This document shows, one piece after another, positions 38,631-53,904 of a stretch of 64,000 nt of DNA. A model generated the notes under the pieces. That model was given only the letters and a program-made list of their open reading frames with translations, did no database searches and was not told where the DNA came from. The translations under genes were made by a program, and so were the position numbers. Source of the stretch: Octopus sinensis (taxonomy: Eukaryota); contig NC_043017.1 in the NCBI RefSeq assembly GCF_006345805.1, forward strand, positions 1,674,001-1,738,000. The letters are read 5' to 3'. The first letter of the stretch is position 1. Each line of letters starts with the position of its first letter.

Positions 38631-41600
38631 ATGAACCGCGTGCTTAGGCACATTTCTCATCTCCTGATATATGAAAGCATTCCACGGCCAGAGTAATTTA
38701 TGGCTGCAATCTGGAACAAAGAAAAATTGACATGAACAAGGCAAAGATAGAAGAAAAAAATTCCGAAATTATTGCAATCATTATTTTCAAGAATACTTAT
38801 TTTCTTATTGAATCCTCAATAAATATTGCAATCACGCAATAATGTTGTGTGTGCATGTGTCTGTTTATGTTCATGTACGCATTGCGGAGACGTTAGATAT
38901 ATTGTTGTTCTTGGTGAGTGAGTCATTGTTTTCTGTGGGGAGACAGTGTTCGTTTAAATGATATATAATGATCTATACTCCATCTTTTCTCTCTTTGATG
39001 TATAAAAATAATGCCAGTATGCGAGACAGAGATGCAGCCAGCTCCGTTCACATTAACATATATGTCAGTATTCTTCACATTATTATAATTCACCAGGCTC
39101 CATGTCTCAACAATTGGAGTTTGAACCCGGCCTATTTCAGGAACGTTGCCAAAATTGAAAGAAAAAATAAAATTTCAAGTTTAATACTAATGAATGCTTA
39201 TAATATGTAAAATGGAACTTTGTTTTTTTTTATGAAAAACACAAATCATTAAATGTGAACTAAGTGCATTTCTATACTTGGAACATTAATGAACTTCGGA
39301 TTTTACAAAGCTACACACACACACACACACAAAAACACGCATATATATACACATATACACAGCGACAAAGAATGAGAGGAAGATGACAGATGATAGTGAG
39401 AAAGATAAGTCTGTCTGTCTGAGAGAGAGAGGGGGGAGAGAAAGAAGTTCGATATTTAAAATACCGATCTTGTCAGGTGGCCAGCAAGGGAATGAAAACC
39501 TTTCAAAAGTAATAATTATTTAAGATTATAATTTAGGGTATCTAAGAGATACCTCCACGCTCGAAATAGTAGTCAAAACGTGACTCTAAAACCACCTTAA
39601 ATGTTCATACAGCACCGAGAGAAAAGACAAACAGACATTTTGTCTCTTTGTCTTCTCTCCTGGGTGAGAGAGAGAGAGAAAGAGAGAGAGGGAGAGATAG
39701 AGAGAGAGAGAAAGAGAAAGAGAGAGAGAAAGACAGATAGATAGAGAGACTGGTAGACAGACATAGATTCGTAGATACAGACCTAAATAAAGTTAAATGT
39801 ATGAAGTTTCTCGGATTGCATCTCTGGTTTCAGTGGGCAGATTCTTTCAACGATCGTTTGAATAATCGACCACGTGAAACTCAGATCAAAATTATGATTC
39901 TACAAGCTTCATCTTCTAATAAAATGTACATACCCTATCTTATATTTTGAGTACCTTTCTTGTCGTTTGCAAACAAAAAGACCTTTACTAATCCATGATT
40001 TTCGTTTTGTTTCTGTTGTCATTTATTTTTTGTTTTGTTTTAGTTGGTGATTTTCTTAGTTCTCTTCTTCCCTCTCAGAATCTCCGGGGAAAAAATATTT
40101 CTTTAAAATGTTTATTGTTCTTCCATTATGTAACTGACGCATTTTTACTTCTCACTTTTACTTTAAAACACATGAGCCATTCACTCCTGAATTTCTTTTC
40201 TCTTTTTCTACTTTATATATTTTTTTCTTCTGTTAATGAAAGCCTAGTCGTCTGCAAGCATATTTTCCCATCATGCTGTTCGTAGAAGTATTGAAAAGCA
40301 AAATAAAAAGAGAAAAGGAAAAAGAACACAACCAATACGAAAAGCGAGTAAAGAAACAAAAGTTCCATCTGTATTGATATTTGGATAATGTGTTTGGAAA
40401 TAAAGAAATTCTTCAGTTCCTGCGATGCTGATTTCTTTTCTCATTCTACTTCGTTTGGTTTGACTTGGTTTGGTTTTCTGGTTTTCTTTTTGTTTCCAAT
40501 GAAAAGAGAACTAAGTGTAGAGTTTCGTTGAAAGCTTCGTAACAAGTAGTGTGTATCACCTGTTCTTTCTATATTCAATTATCATATATTATGTTAGAAT
40601 AATAGCTTGCGTATTAGTTGCGCATCACACAACCCTTACACACACACCCACACCCACACAGATGCACAAAGACTCAACAAACAAACATACACTCATTCAT
40701 ACAATTACATAATCAGTAATGGTGTTTGACCTAATAGTGAATCACGTAAGCATTTCCAAATGAAACCAAAACGAAAGGAAATCAGTAATGCGATGTCTGA
40801 CCAGTCTTTCAGTATAATTTGCAGTAGAAACTACCATATCAACAAGCGTTGCCAATATTATACATATATATATTTTTTTTATTTCCTGTGAAGGATAAGG
40901 CCTCCGTATCTAATACCTTCTCATACCAGTGAGATAAGATTCATGCCTTTTTTTATATTTAAAATGTTGTCTGTCAAAACCTGCAGGACTAATATGTTCA
41001 CGAAGATTCCAGTGGTTCAATGTTGAGAGGTGGATGGAATGGACATCGTGGTTAGTTTGGTGTCCAATGGGGTTTGACACTAATAGGCTGATGAATAGAG
41101 GAAAGATGAGCGGACGAGAATACCTTGGTGGAGGAGATTCAAGACTTGCAGGTTCTGACGACAAAGGTTTTCATTTATAGTAAGATAGAAAAGATACAAC
41201 TATATTGTATTGTATATGTATTTACTTATTTGGTTACTATTTTCATATATTTTATAGCAATTAACTGCTATATTAACATATGTATTTAGTATTTTCAAAT
41301 ATTGTGAAGTAGTAAAACAAAAATTAGTCACTATTTCAATATATTTTCTACAGCCAACAACCATATATACATATGATATAATACTTATATTTGAATAGAG
41401 TTTCTCTTACAAACTATTAAAGCCACAATTTATTAGTGATATATATATTATTGCAACTTATGTCTGAAATAAATTGGATTTATATATTTCCCTACACCTG
41501 ATCAATACTGGAAAATACTTTCCATCATTATAAACACAAGTAGTGCAACGCGCTATTGCCACACACATATACACACACAAACACACATATATATATATAA

Positions 41601-41779
41601 ATACACACGTACACACACACACACAGAGGCACACATACACACACATATATATATATATAAAAAGGATGAAAAATTGAATATTAATTTGATTAATATCAAT
41701 TTAAAACCAGTGGTCTAGCATATTGAAAAATCTGAAGAATGTAATACATTAATATATATATATATGTGTGTGTGTGTGT

Positions 41780-41812
<33 letters not shown>

Positions 41813-41946
41813 ATGCATACATACAAGCAGAAATACACGCACATATACACTCACACACACGTATGTATGTATGTATGTATGTATGTAGTGTGTTTAAAGA
41901 AGTGACTTCGAACTCCACGGCCAGCTCTCAATATTTTCTCTTCAGA

Positions 41947-42110
41947 AAGGTGGCGAGCTGACTGAGACGTTAGCACGCCGGGCGAAATGCTTAGCAGTAT
42001 TTCGTCCGCTATAATAGAGTGCACCTACCGATGGTACCACGCAGTGGGACTGAAACCTGAACCATGTGGTTGGGAAACGAACTTCTTAACACAAAGCCAC
42101 TCCTGTGCCT
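41947..42110. mobile_element. SINE-A head (+) joined to a SINE-B 5' fragment (-)
   Basis: aaggtggcgagctgactgagacgttagcacgccgggcg then accacgcagtgggactgaa..accatgtggttgg. Confidence 0.75.
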
Positions 42111-42413
42111 ATGTTTGTATGTAGGTGTATACATTCTTTTGTATTGCATAAACGTATGCCAATTTGTGAGTACAGTTTATTTATTGCCATATTGTCACGT
42201 GGCCCATGCATTCTTTGTTTTCAAATCATTTTTCATTTCTCTCCCTTTCTACACACACACACAAACTCACACACACTCACGCATTCACGCTCACACGTTA
42301 TTTACAAATATATACACACTGTATCTTGATCTCTCCTTTTCTCTCACTCTCTATTTTAACTAATTTCTCCCATTTGTCTGGTCCACTTTCTCTCTCTCTC
42401 TCTCCATCTGTGA

Positions 42414-42414
<1 letters not shown>

Positions 42415-42471
<57 letters not shown>

Positions 42472-42506
42472 CTGTTACTCTCTCTCTCTCTCTCTCTCTC
42501 TATCTA

Positions 42507-42570
<64 letters not shown>
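42415..42570. repeat. (TATC)n/(CT)n compound microsatellite
   Basis: Direct reading. Confidence 0.95.
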
Positions 42571-42571
<1 letters not shown>

Positions 42572-42829
42572 CTGTTCATCTTTCTTACCCCTAACGCCCA
42601 TTCGTTTTTTCTTTATCCGCTCGTTTCTCCCCTTCTCTTTCTCTCTCGGAATTACCTCTGCATTCTCTTCCCAAACACGTCTCCATCATTCTCTCTATAT
42701 TCCAATACATATTTTTCCTTTATATATAAATACATATATATATATATATATACATACATCATCATCATCATTGTTCGACCGTGGTCGAGACAATGGAATA
42801 AACATACATGTATATATATACTACATATA

Positions 42830-42897
<68 letters not shown>

Positions 42898-43726
42898 ATA
42901 TAATCTTTTATCTCATGCCTGCCTCTCCCTCACTCTTCTTCTCTCTCAATAATATATACATTCTTTCACAGACACTCTGCATGGTAACATCCGCTTTGCT
43001 GCCTGCTACCATTGATGCTTAATAAACAGTCTGCCTTGATGGATACCAACGAAACCTTATACACCCACCTGCCTGCTCTATACTATTTCATATTTGTTAC
43101 ATTCACTACAAAATATGAAGCCAAACAAGAGAACCATCGTTGTTCCGATGCATTAGTATAAAGAATTCTGTGAGAACATTTTGGTCAAACTGATTGATGG
43201 CTGTTTGTTATGGCAATGTCTGAAATACTAAGGTGATATTTATATGGTATCTGTGTTGTTCTGAGCAGTTTTTGTTCCCATTGTTGTTGTTTTGTGATTC
43301 TGGTTGATGTTGATGGCGCTGGTGGTATTGGTGGCAGGGATGTTGTCTTTGTCGGCGGTGGTGCTTTCCTGCCCCCCCCCCCTCGCAATATTCATATATT
43401 TCATAGATACATTGGTTGCTTTCTACCTTTTTCTTCTTTCTGTATAACACTATGTGTTCTGCGCTTGTATACAGATTTGTATATGCATAAAAAAAACTAT
43501 ATACATATATGCACACACACACACACACCACACACACACACACATCCACACACGCACACATATACACAGAAAACTAAACAGGGAGAGGGAGAGAGAGAAA
43601 CAAGGGTGAGATTGAAAGAAAGGGGGAGAGAAAAGCAGAAGGTAAACACCTAGAGTGACAATAGGACATAACATATACACATGATATATATATGCATATA
43701 TATATATATATATATACATATATATA

Positions 43727-43761
<35 letters not shown>

Positions 43762-44519
43762 GTCTGTATATATATATAAATATATATGTATATACATATA
43801 TATATATATCTGTATTTATATGTATTTATATATGTATATATGTATGTATATATATGTGTATATATATATGTATATATATAGAGAGAGATGATAGATATAT
43901 ATATAATATATTTCTACACACACATAACGCTATGTGAATACACCCATACATATATGAATTGAAATACATAGACAAACACATATATAAACATACATAAAGA
44001 TATATGTGTGTGGAGGTTTGTGTGTGTGTATGTAGCATCATTTAAATAGACGCAAATGCACGGACACACGCACGGACACACGCACGGACACATGTGTGCG
44101 TGCGCGCACGTGCGTATGTGTGTTTAACAGGTAGAATGAGAGAAAGAGAACAGGTTAAATTAGATAGATAGATAGATAGATAGATATATACATACATATA
44201 TACATGCATATATGCATACATACATACACACATACACTTTTTGTCTATATTATAGATACGTCTTCACGTTTCTTCGTAGGACTTTAAAGAATAGATTTTT
44301 CGGCAACTGATCTGATGGAAATATTTTCAAGAAGTTTTCAAGAGGTTTCGAGAGGTTTTCGTGATATTTCGATGTAACTGAAAATAACTTCGTGATATCG
44401 ACTGTGAGAAAACAATGAAAACCGTTTTAATTCTTTAGAATAGTTTAAATGTAAGGAGGTGGTGCCGCTGCAAAATACTAAAAAATTTGCTAGAAAAACT
44501 CTCTTTTGGCAAAACAGAA

Positions 44520-44700
44520 TGATGATGGTGATGATGGTGATGATGGTGATGATGGTGGTGGTGATGGTGGTGGTGGTGATGATGATGATGAGGAGGAGGA
44601 GGAGGAGGAAGAGGAGGAGAACGAGGATAATGATGATGATGGTGGTGGTGGTGGTGTGGTGGTGGAGTTGGTGATGGTGGTGATAGTGATGCTGGTGTTG
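44520..44700. repeat. (GAT/GGT/GAG)n triplet tract
   Basis: Direct reading; explains the poly-His/Asp/Met ORFs. Confidence 0.93.
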
Positions 44701-44751
44701 GTAATAATAGTTTCAAATGTTGGCAAAATACTTGCAGTTTGAGGGCGAAAG

Positions 44752-44900
44752 ACGACCCCCAGTGGACACCAGGTACTTCTTTTACGGAGCCTGAAACGAT
44801 GAAAAGGAAAGTCGTCTTCGGTGAGGTTTCAGGTCTGAACTTGGAGACGGACGAATTACCGCTAATCATTTTATCCGGCGTGCTAATAATTTTGCTTGCA
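44752..44900 (-). mobile_element. SINE family A, highly degenerate
   Basis: gaccccagtg..ggtact..gatgaaaaggaaagtcg..gacgaattaccgctaa..ccggcgtgctaa. Confidence 0.65.
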
Positions 44901-44915
44901 CATCACCTTGTTGAT

Positions 44916-45000
<85 letters not shown>

Positions 45001-45212
45001 TAATAATAATAAAAGATCGTGGGTAAGGCCAAAACAATGCGAAGTAAATGCAAGATAAATCACAAGACAAATATGTGAATTAATGCAGAATTACCTTGTA
45101 TTCAATATTTCGGGGCTATGACCCCATTTTCAAGAAATTGTCGAATGTTGCCCATATGCGTGTGTGAGCGTTTGTGAGCGGAGGTGGAGTGGACATGCGC
45201 AGAAATGTATAT

Positions 45213-45420
45213 AAGGTGAGCTGGGAGAAGCGTTGGCACGCCGGGCGAAATGTTTAGCAGTATTTCGCCTGTCGTTACGTTCTGAGTTCAAATTCCGCCG
45301 AGATCGACTTTGTCTTTCATCCTTTCGGTGCCGATAAATAAAGTACCAGTTTCTTAATCCCTTTGTATGTCCTTGTTTGTCCCCTCTATGTTTAGCATCT
45401 TGTGGTTAGTAAAGAAATAA
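45213..45420 (+). mobile_element. SINE family A monomer with tail type 2
   Basis: Head, body, tail ccttgtttgtcccctctatgtttagc..ttgtgg..agtaaagaaataa. Confidence 0.9.
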
Positions 45421-45440
45421 TATGTATATATATATATATA

Positions 45441-45481
<41 letters not shown>

Positions 45482-45484
<3 letters not shown>

Positions 45485-45582
45485 AAGGAGCTTCTACAGG
45501 ACTAGAACTGTTTCATTCATACTCTGCTATGTATTGAGTACCTTATTTACTGTGGTTAACCCCGACTCAACCCGGGACCGAC
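45482..45582. mobile_element. Centrally deleted foldback hammerhead element
   Basis: Start of the partial arm (tagaaggagcttctacagg..ttcattc) fused to the end of the opposite-orientation full arm (actctgctatg..cccgggacc). Confidence 0.8.
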
Positions 45583-45604
45583 ATATATATATATATATAA
45601 TATA

Positions 45605-45649
<45 letters not shown>

Positions 45650-45758
45650 TATATATACGTATATATATATAGGCATATATGTATGTGTGTATGTATATAT
45701 ATAGATATATATATATATTATATACATGTATTGATATATATGCATTTTATCTATCTAC

Positions 45759-45792
<34 letters not shown>

Positions 45793-45806
45793 CTCTCTCG
45801 CTCTCT

Positions 45807-45887
<81 letters not shown>

Positions 45888-45907
45888 TATAGTTATATAC
45901 ATATATG

Positions 45908-46090
45908 TACTGGTTGGCCAAAAATCACCCAAAATTAAAATCAAAATTCCAGTAACGCTATTTCTAATTCTGTATTGACTCGTATGGAAAAATGTGTTGC
46001 CTAGAGGACTTCAGTTTGAATAATTTATATGATGTCTTATATTAGAAGCTTTTATTAATTCATTCAGTTGTTAAACATAAATAAATATTG
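45908..46090 (+). mobile_element. Possible internally deleted Tc1/mariner relic
   Basis: TA-ctggttggccaaaaatcaccc TIR-like start; ..TRMEKCVA*RGLQFE* resembles a transposase C-terminus. Confidence 0.4.
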
Positions 46091-46155
46091 GAAGTAAATC
46101 GTTTTGGTTTACTATGTGTGTGTACGTGTGCATATGAGAATATACAAATATATGT

Positions 46156-46235
<80 letters not shown>

Positions 46236-46454
46236 CATACATATATGTATATTGACGGTCGTTCCAGAATCTAACATGGTAGCTTCCATTCTAGATGTTT
46301 TTTATAGTGCATAGCATGGTGCGTTCCCTTAATCAAAGTCGTGAAATCACAATTTGAAAATAACGAAAAAATAAAAGAAATACATTATATTTTCTAAAAT
46401 GCCCTTCATATTTCATAAGTCACTGTTATACATACTACAAACACACACACACAC

Positions 46455-46512
<58 letters not shown>

Positions 46513-46773
46513 TGTATGTATGTATGTATATGTATATGTAGTTATATATGTGCGTGCATGTGTGTATCTTCAGAAGATTATTTGAGTAATTACATTACGG
46601 TTCAATTAAATTATTATGCCTAATATATGTTAACGCTATAACAGATTTATTTTCAACGACGCACATACGTAGCTATGTTCGTCTGCTTGTGCTTGTATGT
46701 ACACACACACACACATATATATATATATAATGTGTGTGTGTGTGTGTGTATGCGAGAATGCGTATAAAATTTA

Positions 46774-46807
<34 letters not shown>

Positions 46808-46936
46808 TATATACTTATATATATATATATATTACATATGTACATATAGATATACCTAAGTAAATACATATATATCAATATATATAAATGTATATATATA
46901 TAAATATATACATATATATGTACGTATGTATATAAT

Positions 46937-46987
<51 letters not shown>

Positions 46988-47523
46988 TATATATATGTAT
47001 GTATGTATTTATGTATATATGTAATTATATACTGTGAAAGGCACAAATGAATCTTTTTTAATTATGAGGTTCCACTTCTGTTCATAAGTTATATTATTAT
47101 ATTAAGGTATTGATTATTGTTATAACGCATAAATGCACGCACACACGCACTCACTCACACACACAAACACAAACGCACACACAGACATACGCACACAGTC
47201 TCTCTCTCTCTCTGTCTGTCTCTCTCTCTCTCTATCTCTCTCTCTCCTCAACACACACACACACACACACTCGTGTCTATGTGTATGTAGGCTAATTACC
47301 GTCTTAATATTTTGTGTTCAAATTTAGCTTCCCTTTCTGTCGGCTGTCGCCATCCCAGCAATGCACCTAAAACATACATCCATGCATGCATGCATGCATA
47401 CACATGTACATAAATACAAAGGAAGAAGCCTATATTTGTATATTGACACTCACAGTGATATATACATACACATGTACATAAATACATACATATATATACA
47501 TATATATATATATATAATATATA

Positions 47524-47830
47524 CTCTTTTACTCTTTTACTTGTTTCAGTCGTTTGACTGCGGCCATGCTGGAGCACCGCCTTTAGTCAAGCAAATCGAC
47601 CCCGGGACTTATTCTTTGTAAGCCCAGTACTTATTCTATCGGTCTCTTTTGCCGAACCGCTAAGTGACGGGGACGTAAACACACCAGCATCGATTGTCAA
47701 GCATGCTAGGGGGACAAACACAGACCACAAACACACACACATACACATATATATATATACATTATACGACAGGCTTCTTTCAGTTTCCGTCTAACCAAAT
47801 CCACTCACAAGGCATTGGTCGGCCTGGGGC
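47524..47830 (-). mobile_element. SINE family B
   Basis: ctcttttactcttttac tail through cagtttccgtcta..cactcacaagg. Confidence 0.92.
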
Positions 47831-47919
47831 TATATATATACATAAACACATACATACATTACATATATATACAAATATATAATATATATAATATATATAG
47901 TGTATGGTATTTATATACA

Positions 47920-48460
47920 TATGGAGAACTTTTGTTCTCAGTCATCTGGACTACTTTTCCCAGATATAGTCACCACACAGCGCCAAACTAACAGCGGAGC
48001 TTGAAGCAGTCCAACGCCACTACACCTAAGAAGATTGAAACAGCGCAACGGATGAGGTACTGAGAGAGACTGAAAAAACTGTAGTTTTCCTCGCAGATGT
48101 CAAAATGTGATTGATATGCAATAATCTACATATGGGAAACTCTAGAGGGACTTGAACCTAATTTGGGCAATGGGTGTAATAAAAATAGAAGAACTGGACG
48201 CCATAGTATTGTAAGAAAAGCATAATCAACTTCATTTAAATTCAGGATCGGTTATTGCAATAGTTTGGGGTTCAAAGGCACGCAGCTCTTCAATGCCTCA
48301 CCACAAAAGTTTGGAAATCTGCATAACGTGGAAGTAGATGTCTTCAAAAAGAAACTGGATATCTTCCGCTCCATAAGGCCGGATGGACAAACAGCCCGAC
48401 ATGAGGCACAGACCAGGGGAATGGATTCAACACTCTTATACACCGAATGCGCCAACAGCT
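47920..48460 (+). mobile_element. CR1-clade LINE 3' end
   Basis: Peptides RTGRHSI, YCNSLGFKGTQLFN, VEVDVFKKKLD. Confidence 0.8.
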
Positions 48461-48509
48461 GGGACAAAGGAATATAAAGAAGCAGTGATGCAAAACAATC
48501 CAAACTGAA

Positions 48510-49250
48510 ACCTAGACTATTGCAGTACCTGGTCTTGAATTTTGATGGAGTGGATGGTATCTTTGGTATAATGCAATGGCGGCCAGTTCTGGCATTTGTA
48601 TAACACGCTGTGCCGAAATGAGCTTTTAATCCTTCTAGAGTTTTGCATATTTCTCATTGTTTATCTCGGCCCATTTGTATATCGAATTCAGGTCCCTCTG
48701 TAAGCATGCACCGTCATCTTCGTTTTTTTTTATTTCCTGTGATAATTTTGTATCATCGGCAGTGGCTGTCCGATTGATAGTAGGCATGTCTAAGAGGGCT
48801 ATTATGGAGAGTAATGGCCCAAGAACAGTTCCCTGGGCGATGCCACTTAGGATTTTATTTTCCTCAGAAAGGGCACCATTGCCTGCCACTACCTGACTCC
48901 TGCCTTTAAGTAAATCATGCCGCCACTCACCCAGATTACCAGTAATGCCAAGATCTCGTAGCTTATGATATTTCATGCCATGATCTACCTTATCAAATGC
49001 TTTTGCTAAGTCAAGGTATATCAACCTGACATCTCAATGGTCACGCTACTGTTTCAAAACCAAATCATGGTACTATGTGAGGCAGCTTCTTCCTAGAAGG
49101 AAGCCATGCTGTCTTATTGTTCAGTAGGTCATTTTCCTCTAGGAATATTATCAACATCTTTCTGATGATTCGATCCATAACTTTACTGATATGTGAGGTC
49201 AGAGATGTTGGCCAATGGATTTTGACCTCTGTTCCACATCCACTTTTGTG
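48510..49250 (-). mobile_element. CR1-clade LINE RT fragment with internal deletion
   Basis: ORF 48635-49024 YLDLAKAFDKVDHG..SGIAQGTVLGPLL..ADDTK..LQRDL..YKWAE; then jumps to RTGRHCIIPKIPS..YCNSLGF. Confidence 0.9.
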
Positions 49251-49382
49251 GATAGGTCATAAAAATTCTTTCTTTCAGCTTTTTAAGAAGTTTACTACTT
49301 GCAAGCAAGCTTCGCAAAGGCATCTGAAGTATATACATTTATATATGTGTATTTTTATATACGTACATACACACACACCACA

Positions 49383-49429
<47 letters not shown>

Positions 49430-50030
49430 TTATATATGTATATGTACGTATATGAGATTTTATATGTTTGTGTATATGTATGTGACAGTTGTTCTCTTTA
49501 TGATCTACCGTTGATAGATTCTTATATATGGCAGACTTAACCACAATATTAAAACATCTATGAACAGCACGATAGAATATTTGAAGCATTGTGATAAAAT
49601 AAGTAAAAAAAAAACACAAGAGCGGCTTCGTACAACGCAGAAAAGGAACTAGCAACAAGGACGCCATTTTGTTTATGCTCTGCACCGCACAACCATGAAC
49701 GGGCGATAATTCTGTGATTGTTTACACCCGATGATGGGCCGGTGGGCTTGAAATAAAAAGATTATTCGATTAAGTGATTTTACTGCATTGTAAAATATAA
49801 CCTCTGATTTGCTGCTGTCACCAAGTACAAATTTTTCTGTGCAATTTTTAGGAAGGCGACTAAGAAAATCTTCCATACTACCAATCTACCGTTCTCCAGT
49901 TTTTAACAATTACGATTTATTTTCGCCGAAACATATTTCGTTATTTATAAAACTTCCGACGAACAATAAAACAAAATTCATGTGTGCCGGTTTCTTTCAT
50001 AAATTTTTTACCTTGTATTTGTCATTTATG

Positions 50031-50061
<31 letters not shown>

Positions 50062-50559
50062 TATATATAATATATATATATATATAGTATATATACATAT
50101 ACATGCATACATACATGCACACACATATATATAATTTATTGGGCTGTTTTCCTTTTCTATATTCGCTTCTTTTAACTTCAAACAAAAAATGAAAATAGTG
50201 GAATCTTAATTATTATTTATCAATGTTTTTATGTTATGTTTTTATCTTTGCTTTGTGTTTTTCTTTCGTTTGAGAGGGCGATATTCTTCCTCTTCTCTAA
50301 TTCGTTCGAGTTGATTCTATTCACAGTTGTACCAAGCACAGAGCTGTCTGTATTACACACACAACCACACCACACACACGCACACACACACACACACACC
50401 ACAAACATACCATACACACACTCACGCACACACATGTATATGTTTTTGTTTGTCTGTGTATGTATATGTAAAGGTATATATATATATACATATATATATA
50501 TGTATATATATTCACACACATACAATGTATATAAATGTAAATATTAAAATGTGCATTCA

Positions 50560-50597
<38 letters not shown>

Positions 50598-51740
50598 TTC
50601 TGTATGTAGAGATATGTGTATATGTATGTCTCTAAGGAAAATGTAAGCAATGTGCGAATGCAAATGTACACATACATACACAAGCAGAAACATGCACATG
50701 CACACAAATACACGTGCGCACATATGCATGCACGTCCACGCACACAATTATACAGACATATGTATGCGTGTATTTAGCAAGTACGTAGGGAAAATGTGAA
50801 CAAACTATGTACGTACGTGCATGTGTGTTTGTTTGTGTATATATATATATGTGTATGTATATACGCATATATGTATATATAAGATACACACACAGACATA
50901 TATATATATATATATATATAATATATATATATATATTATATATATATACATATATGCATACATGTATGTATATCTATGTAGGCCTGTATATGTATAAGAA
51001 ATACGTGCACAACTTCAATCAAATTTTTACCTTTCATTTGAAAAAATCTATTTAAACAGAAACTATTTTGGAGTAACGACACAAAACGAAAGACTTAGCT
51101 CTTAATTGGAACTTTCTTTTTCATTTTTGGCTGTTTTTATATTACGTTTTTTTATTATTCTTTTCGTTCTAAAATAATGTTGCCGAATAAACATCTTTGT
51201 TTACATATATTCATCTTGCCATTGTTGTTGGTTGCTTTCTGTTGTTGTTTCTGTTATTGGTGGAAGCGGTGGAGGAGGTGGTGATGGTTACTTTTTTGTC
51301 GAAGATGGTAGTAATGGCAGCGGTGTTCGTGGTAGCTAGAGTAGAAAGTGTACAGGTGATGGAGGAGAGGATGAAGAAGATGGTGGTGGATGTGTTTGGT
51401 GTTGATGTTAGTATTTTAGGGGATAGCACATCAGAAGGGGTTACGGGGGAGATGGTCATAGTATCCAGAATGGAGCTGGTTTGTGATGTTGATGATTGAG
51501 GTGGTGGCGGAGGTGCGCTGGTGGTGATACTGAAGGTGGTGGTGGTGGTGATTGTATTGCTGATGGCGGTGGCGACTTCGGTGTTTTAGCATTGTATGTA
51601 GGATTGTAAATATTTTGAAAAACTGATTTACGACATATTGTGTCTCGATTGTGTGTGCATGTGTAATACGTTGGTATATGTGTATGTGCATTTATACGCT
51701 TCCACAAATATATGTACATGTGCGTGTGCGTATACGTGTA

Positions 51741-51782
<42 letters not shown>

Positions 51783-51893
51783 TATGTAGATATATATATA
51801 CATATATATATAATATATATGTTATATATATATATCCGTCTCTCTAACGTTGCCTCTCTCCTTTCTCATTTCTTTCTCTCTCTTTATTATATA

Positions 51894-51949
<56 letters not shown>

Positions 51950-52081
51950 CCATTCATGCATATATAATATATATATACGTGCATGCATATACGTGTGTTG
52001 TTTGTGTGACTTCATATATGAATATGTGTATACATATTTATATACATATCTATGTATATATATATATATATCTATATATAT

Positions 52082-52149
<68 letters not shown>

Positions 52150-52499
52150 ATATATATACATATATGCAAGCATTCATCTGAAACTCTGAAACCAGAGAGA
52201 AGTAGACAGAGTCAGACAGTCTAAGGGAGAAAGTGAGAGGTAGAAGGAGAGAAGATGAACTCCAGGTGAGATATTGACAGGGCTATATACGTACGTATGT
52301 ATGGATATAATTGCAGAGTACCAATTATGTTACGCTTCCAGATACGAATACATCATTTGTCTGTTGTTCTCGTTTATTTATTGTTTTAATAATTTATATC
52401 TTGTTTTATTTAATTTTATGCATTCATATATTTGTATACTGCTTTCGTTTTCAAAGAAGAATTGGGATATATTTTTTTACAAGAAAAGTATCAAAAGCA

Positions 52500-52513
52500 T
52501 AATAATAATAATG

Positions 52514-52577
<64 letters not shown>

Positions 52578-52605
52578 TAATAATAATAATAATAACAATA
52601 ATAAT
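52500..52605. repeat. (AAT)n microsatellite
   Basis: Direct reading. Confidence 0.97.
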
Positions 52606-52852
52606 CGGAATAAGAATAAGAATCTTAATGACATGACAGTGTGTTGTCTATACACCATTTTGTATATATATTTTGACAAGAAGCTATTGTGAACAGATAG
52701 AGACAGGTTTGTACTCTTGGGTCGCTTCCCGTCTCTGTCGTAACCTTTCTTCTCCTTCCCTCTGTGTGTGTGTGAGTCTGTGTGTGTATATATATGTATG
52801 TATGTGTGCGTGTGTATGAGTATCTATATATCTACCTATTTATCTATCTATC

Positions 52853-52888
<36 letters not shown>

Positions 52889-53324
52889 CGTGTGTATGAG
52901 TATCTATATATCTACCTATTTATCTATCTATCTATCTATCTATATATACATATGTGTGTGTGTGTGGTGTGTGTATCTCTTTCTTTATACACACACATAC
53001 ACACACACATATATATATATTATTGTGTGTGTGTATTCATGCAAACATAAGCACAAACACATATATATACGTAAATGCACACACACACGTGTAAACTCAC
53101 ACATACAATAACACGCATGCACACTCACACACAAATACATACATTTTCCCATGAACGCATGCGGTGACTTTCCAGACGCGAGGCAGCTTTGGTATCTTTC
53201 TATGTATTACATATTTCATCTTCAATGTGTGACTGTTAGATCGAATGGTATTGTGAAAATAAAGTTGACACACCAAATTACTAAGGGCTTAAATACTGGA
53301 TTTTGTACCTGTAACCATAATATT

Positions 53325-53470
53325 CTTTTCTACTCTTGGCACAAGGCCCGACATTTTGAGGGAAGGGGCCAGTCGATTAGATCGATCCCAGAACGCAACT
53401 GGTACTTAATTTAACGACCCCGAAAGGATGACAGGTAATGTCGATCTCGGCGGAATTTGAACTCAGAACG
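53325..53470 (-). mobile_element. SINE family A, 5' truncated
   Basis: ggcacaaggccc tail, cgaccccgaaaggatga, ggcggaatttgaactcagaacg. Confidence 0.85.
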
Positions 53471-53904
53471 ATGTAAATTTCGAAGAAATTAAATGGCCAT
53501 AAATTGTAGCTAAATTTTAAACCCATTTCGCTTAACCTTCGATCAGACTTCAAAAAAAAAAAAAACTGATATCCTTAGTTGAAAGTTGTCTGGATGTCTA
53601 GACATACTTATAGTTATATAATTTTTAACCATTAAATTTGTTTTTATAAATAGTTTCTTTAAGACGGTTCCTACACCAGGAAGAGGATCGGGGTTTCTGA
53701 AGCGAATATGGAAAAACATCTTCAATGGGCCAAAAACCACTCAAATTGGACCAGTGAGCAATGGTCGAAACTCATATGGTCTGATGAAAGTAACTGTGAG
53801 GTAAGATAGTACATGTAGTCAATCAACATAATCTACCATGTGCACGAGTTTACAGATACGCAAACATGTACACACACATACATACATATATATATATACA
53901 TATA

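Noticed and set aside
40910-41164. 84-aa minus ORF faintly like a GIY-YIG C-terminus
   Set aside because: Similarity too vague; no associated HHR fold
49725-49770. CCGATGA t GGGCC-ggtg-GGCTT GAAA hammerhead half
   Set aside because: Stem II plausible but stem I does not pair; kept only as a weak example
53540-53760. Minus ORF with FGPLK resembling a mariner C-terminus
   Set aside because: Only one short motif, flanking motifs absent
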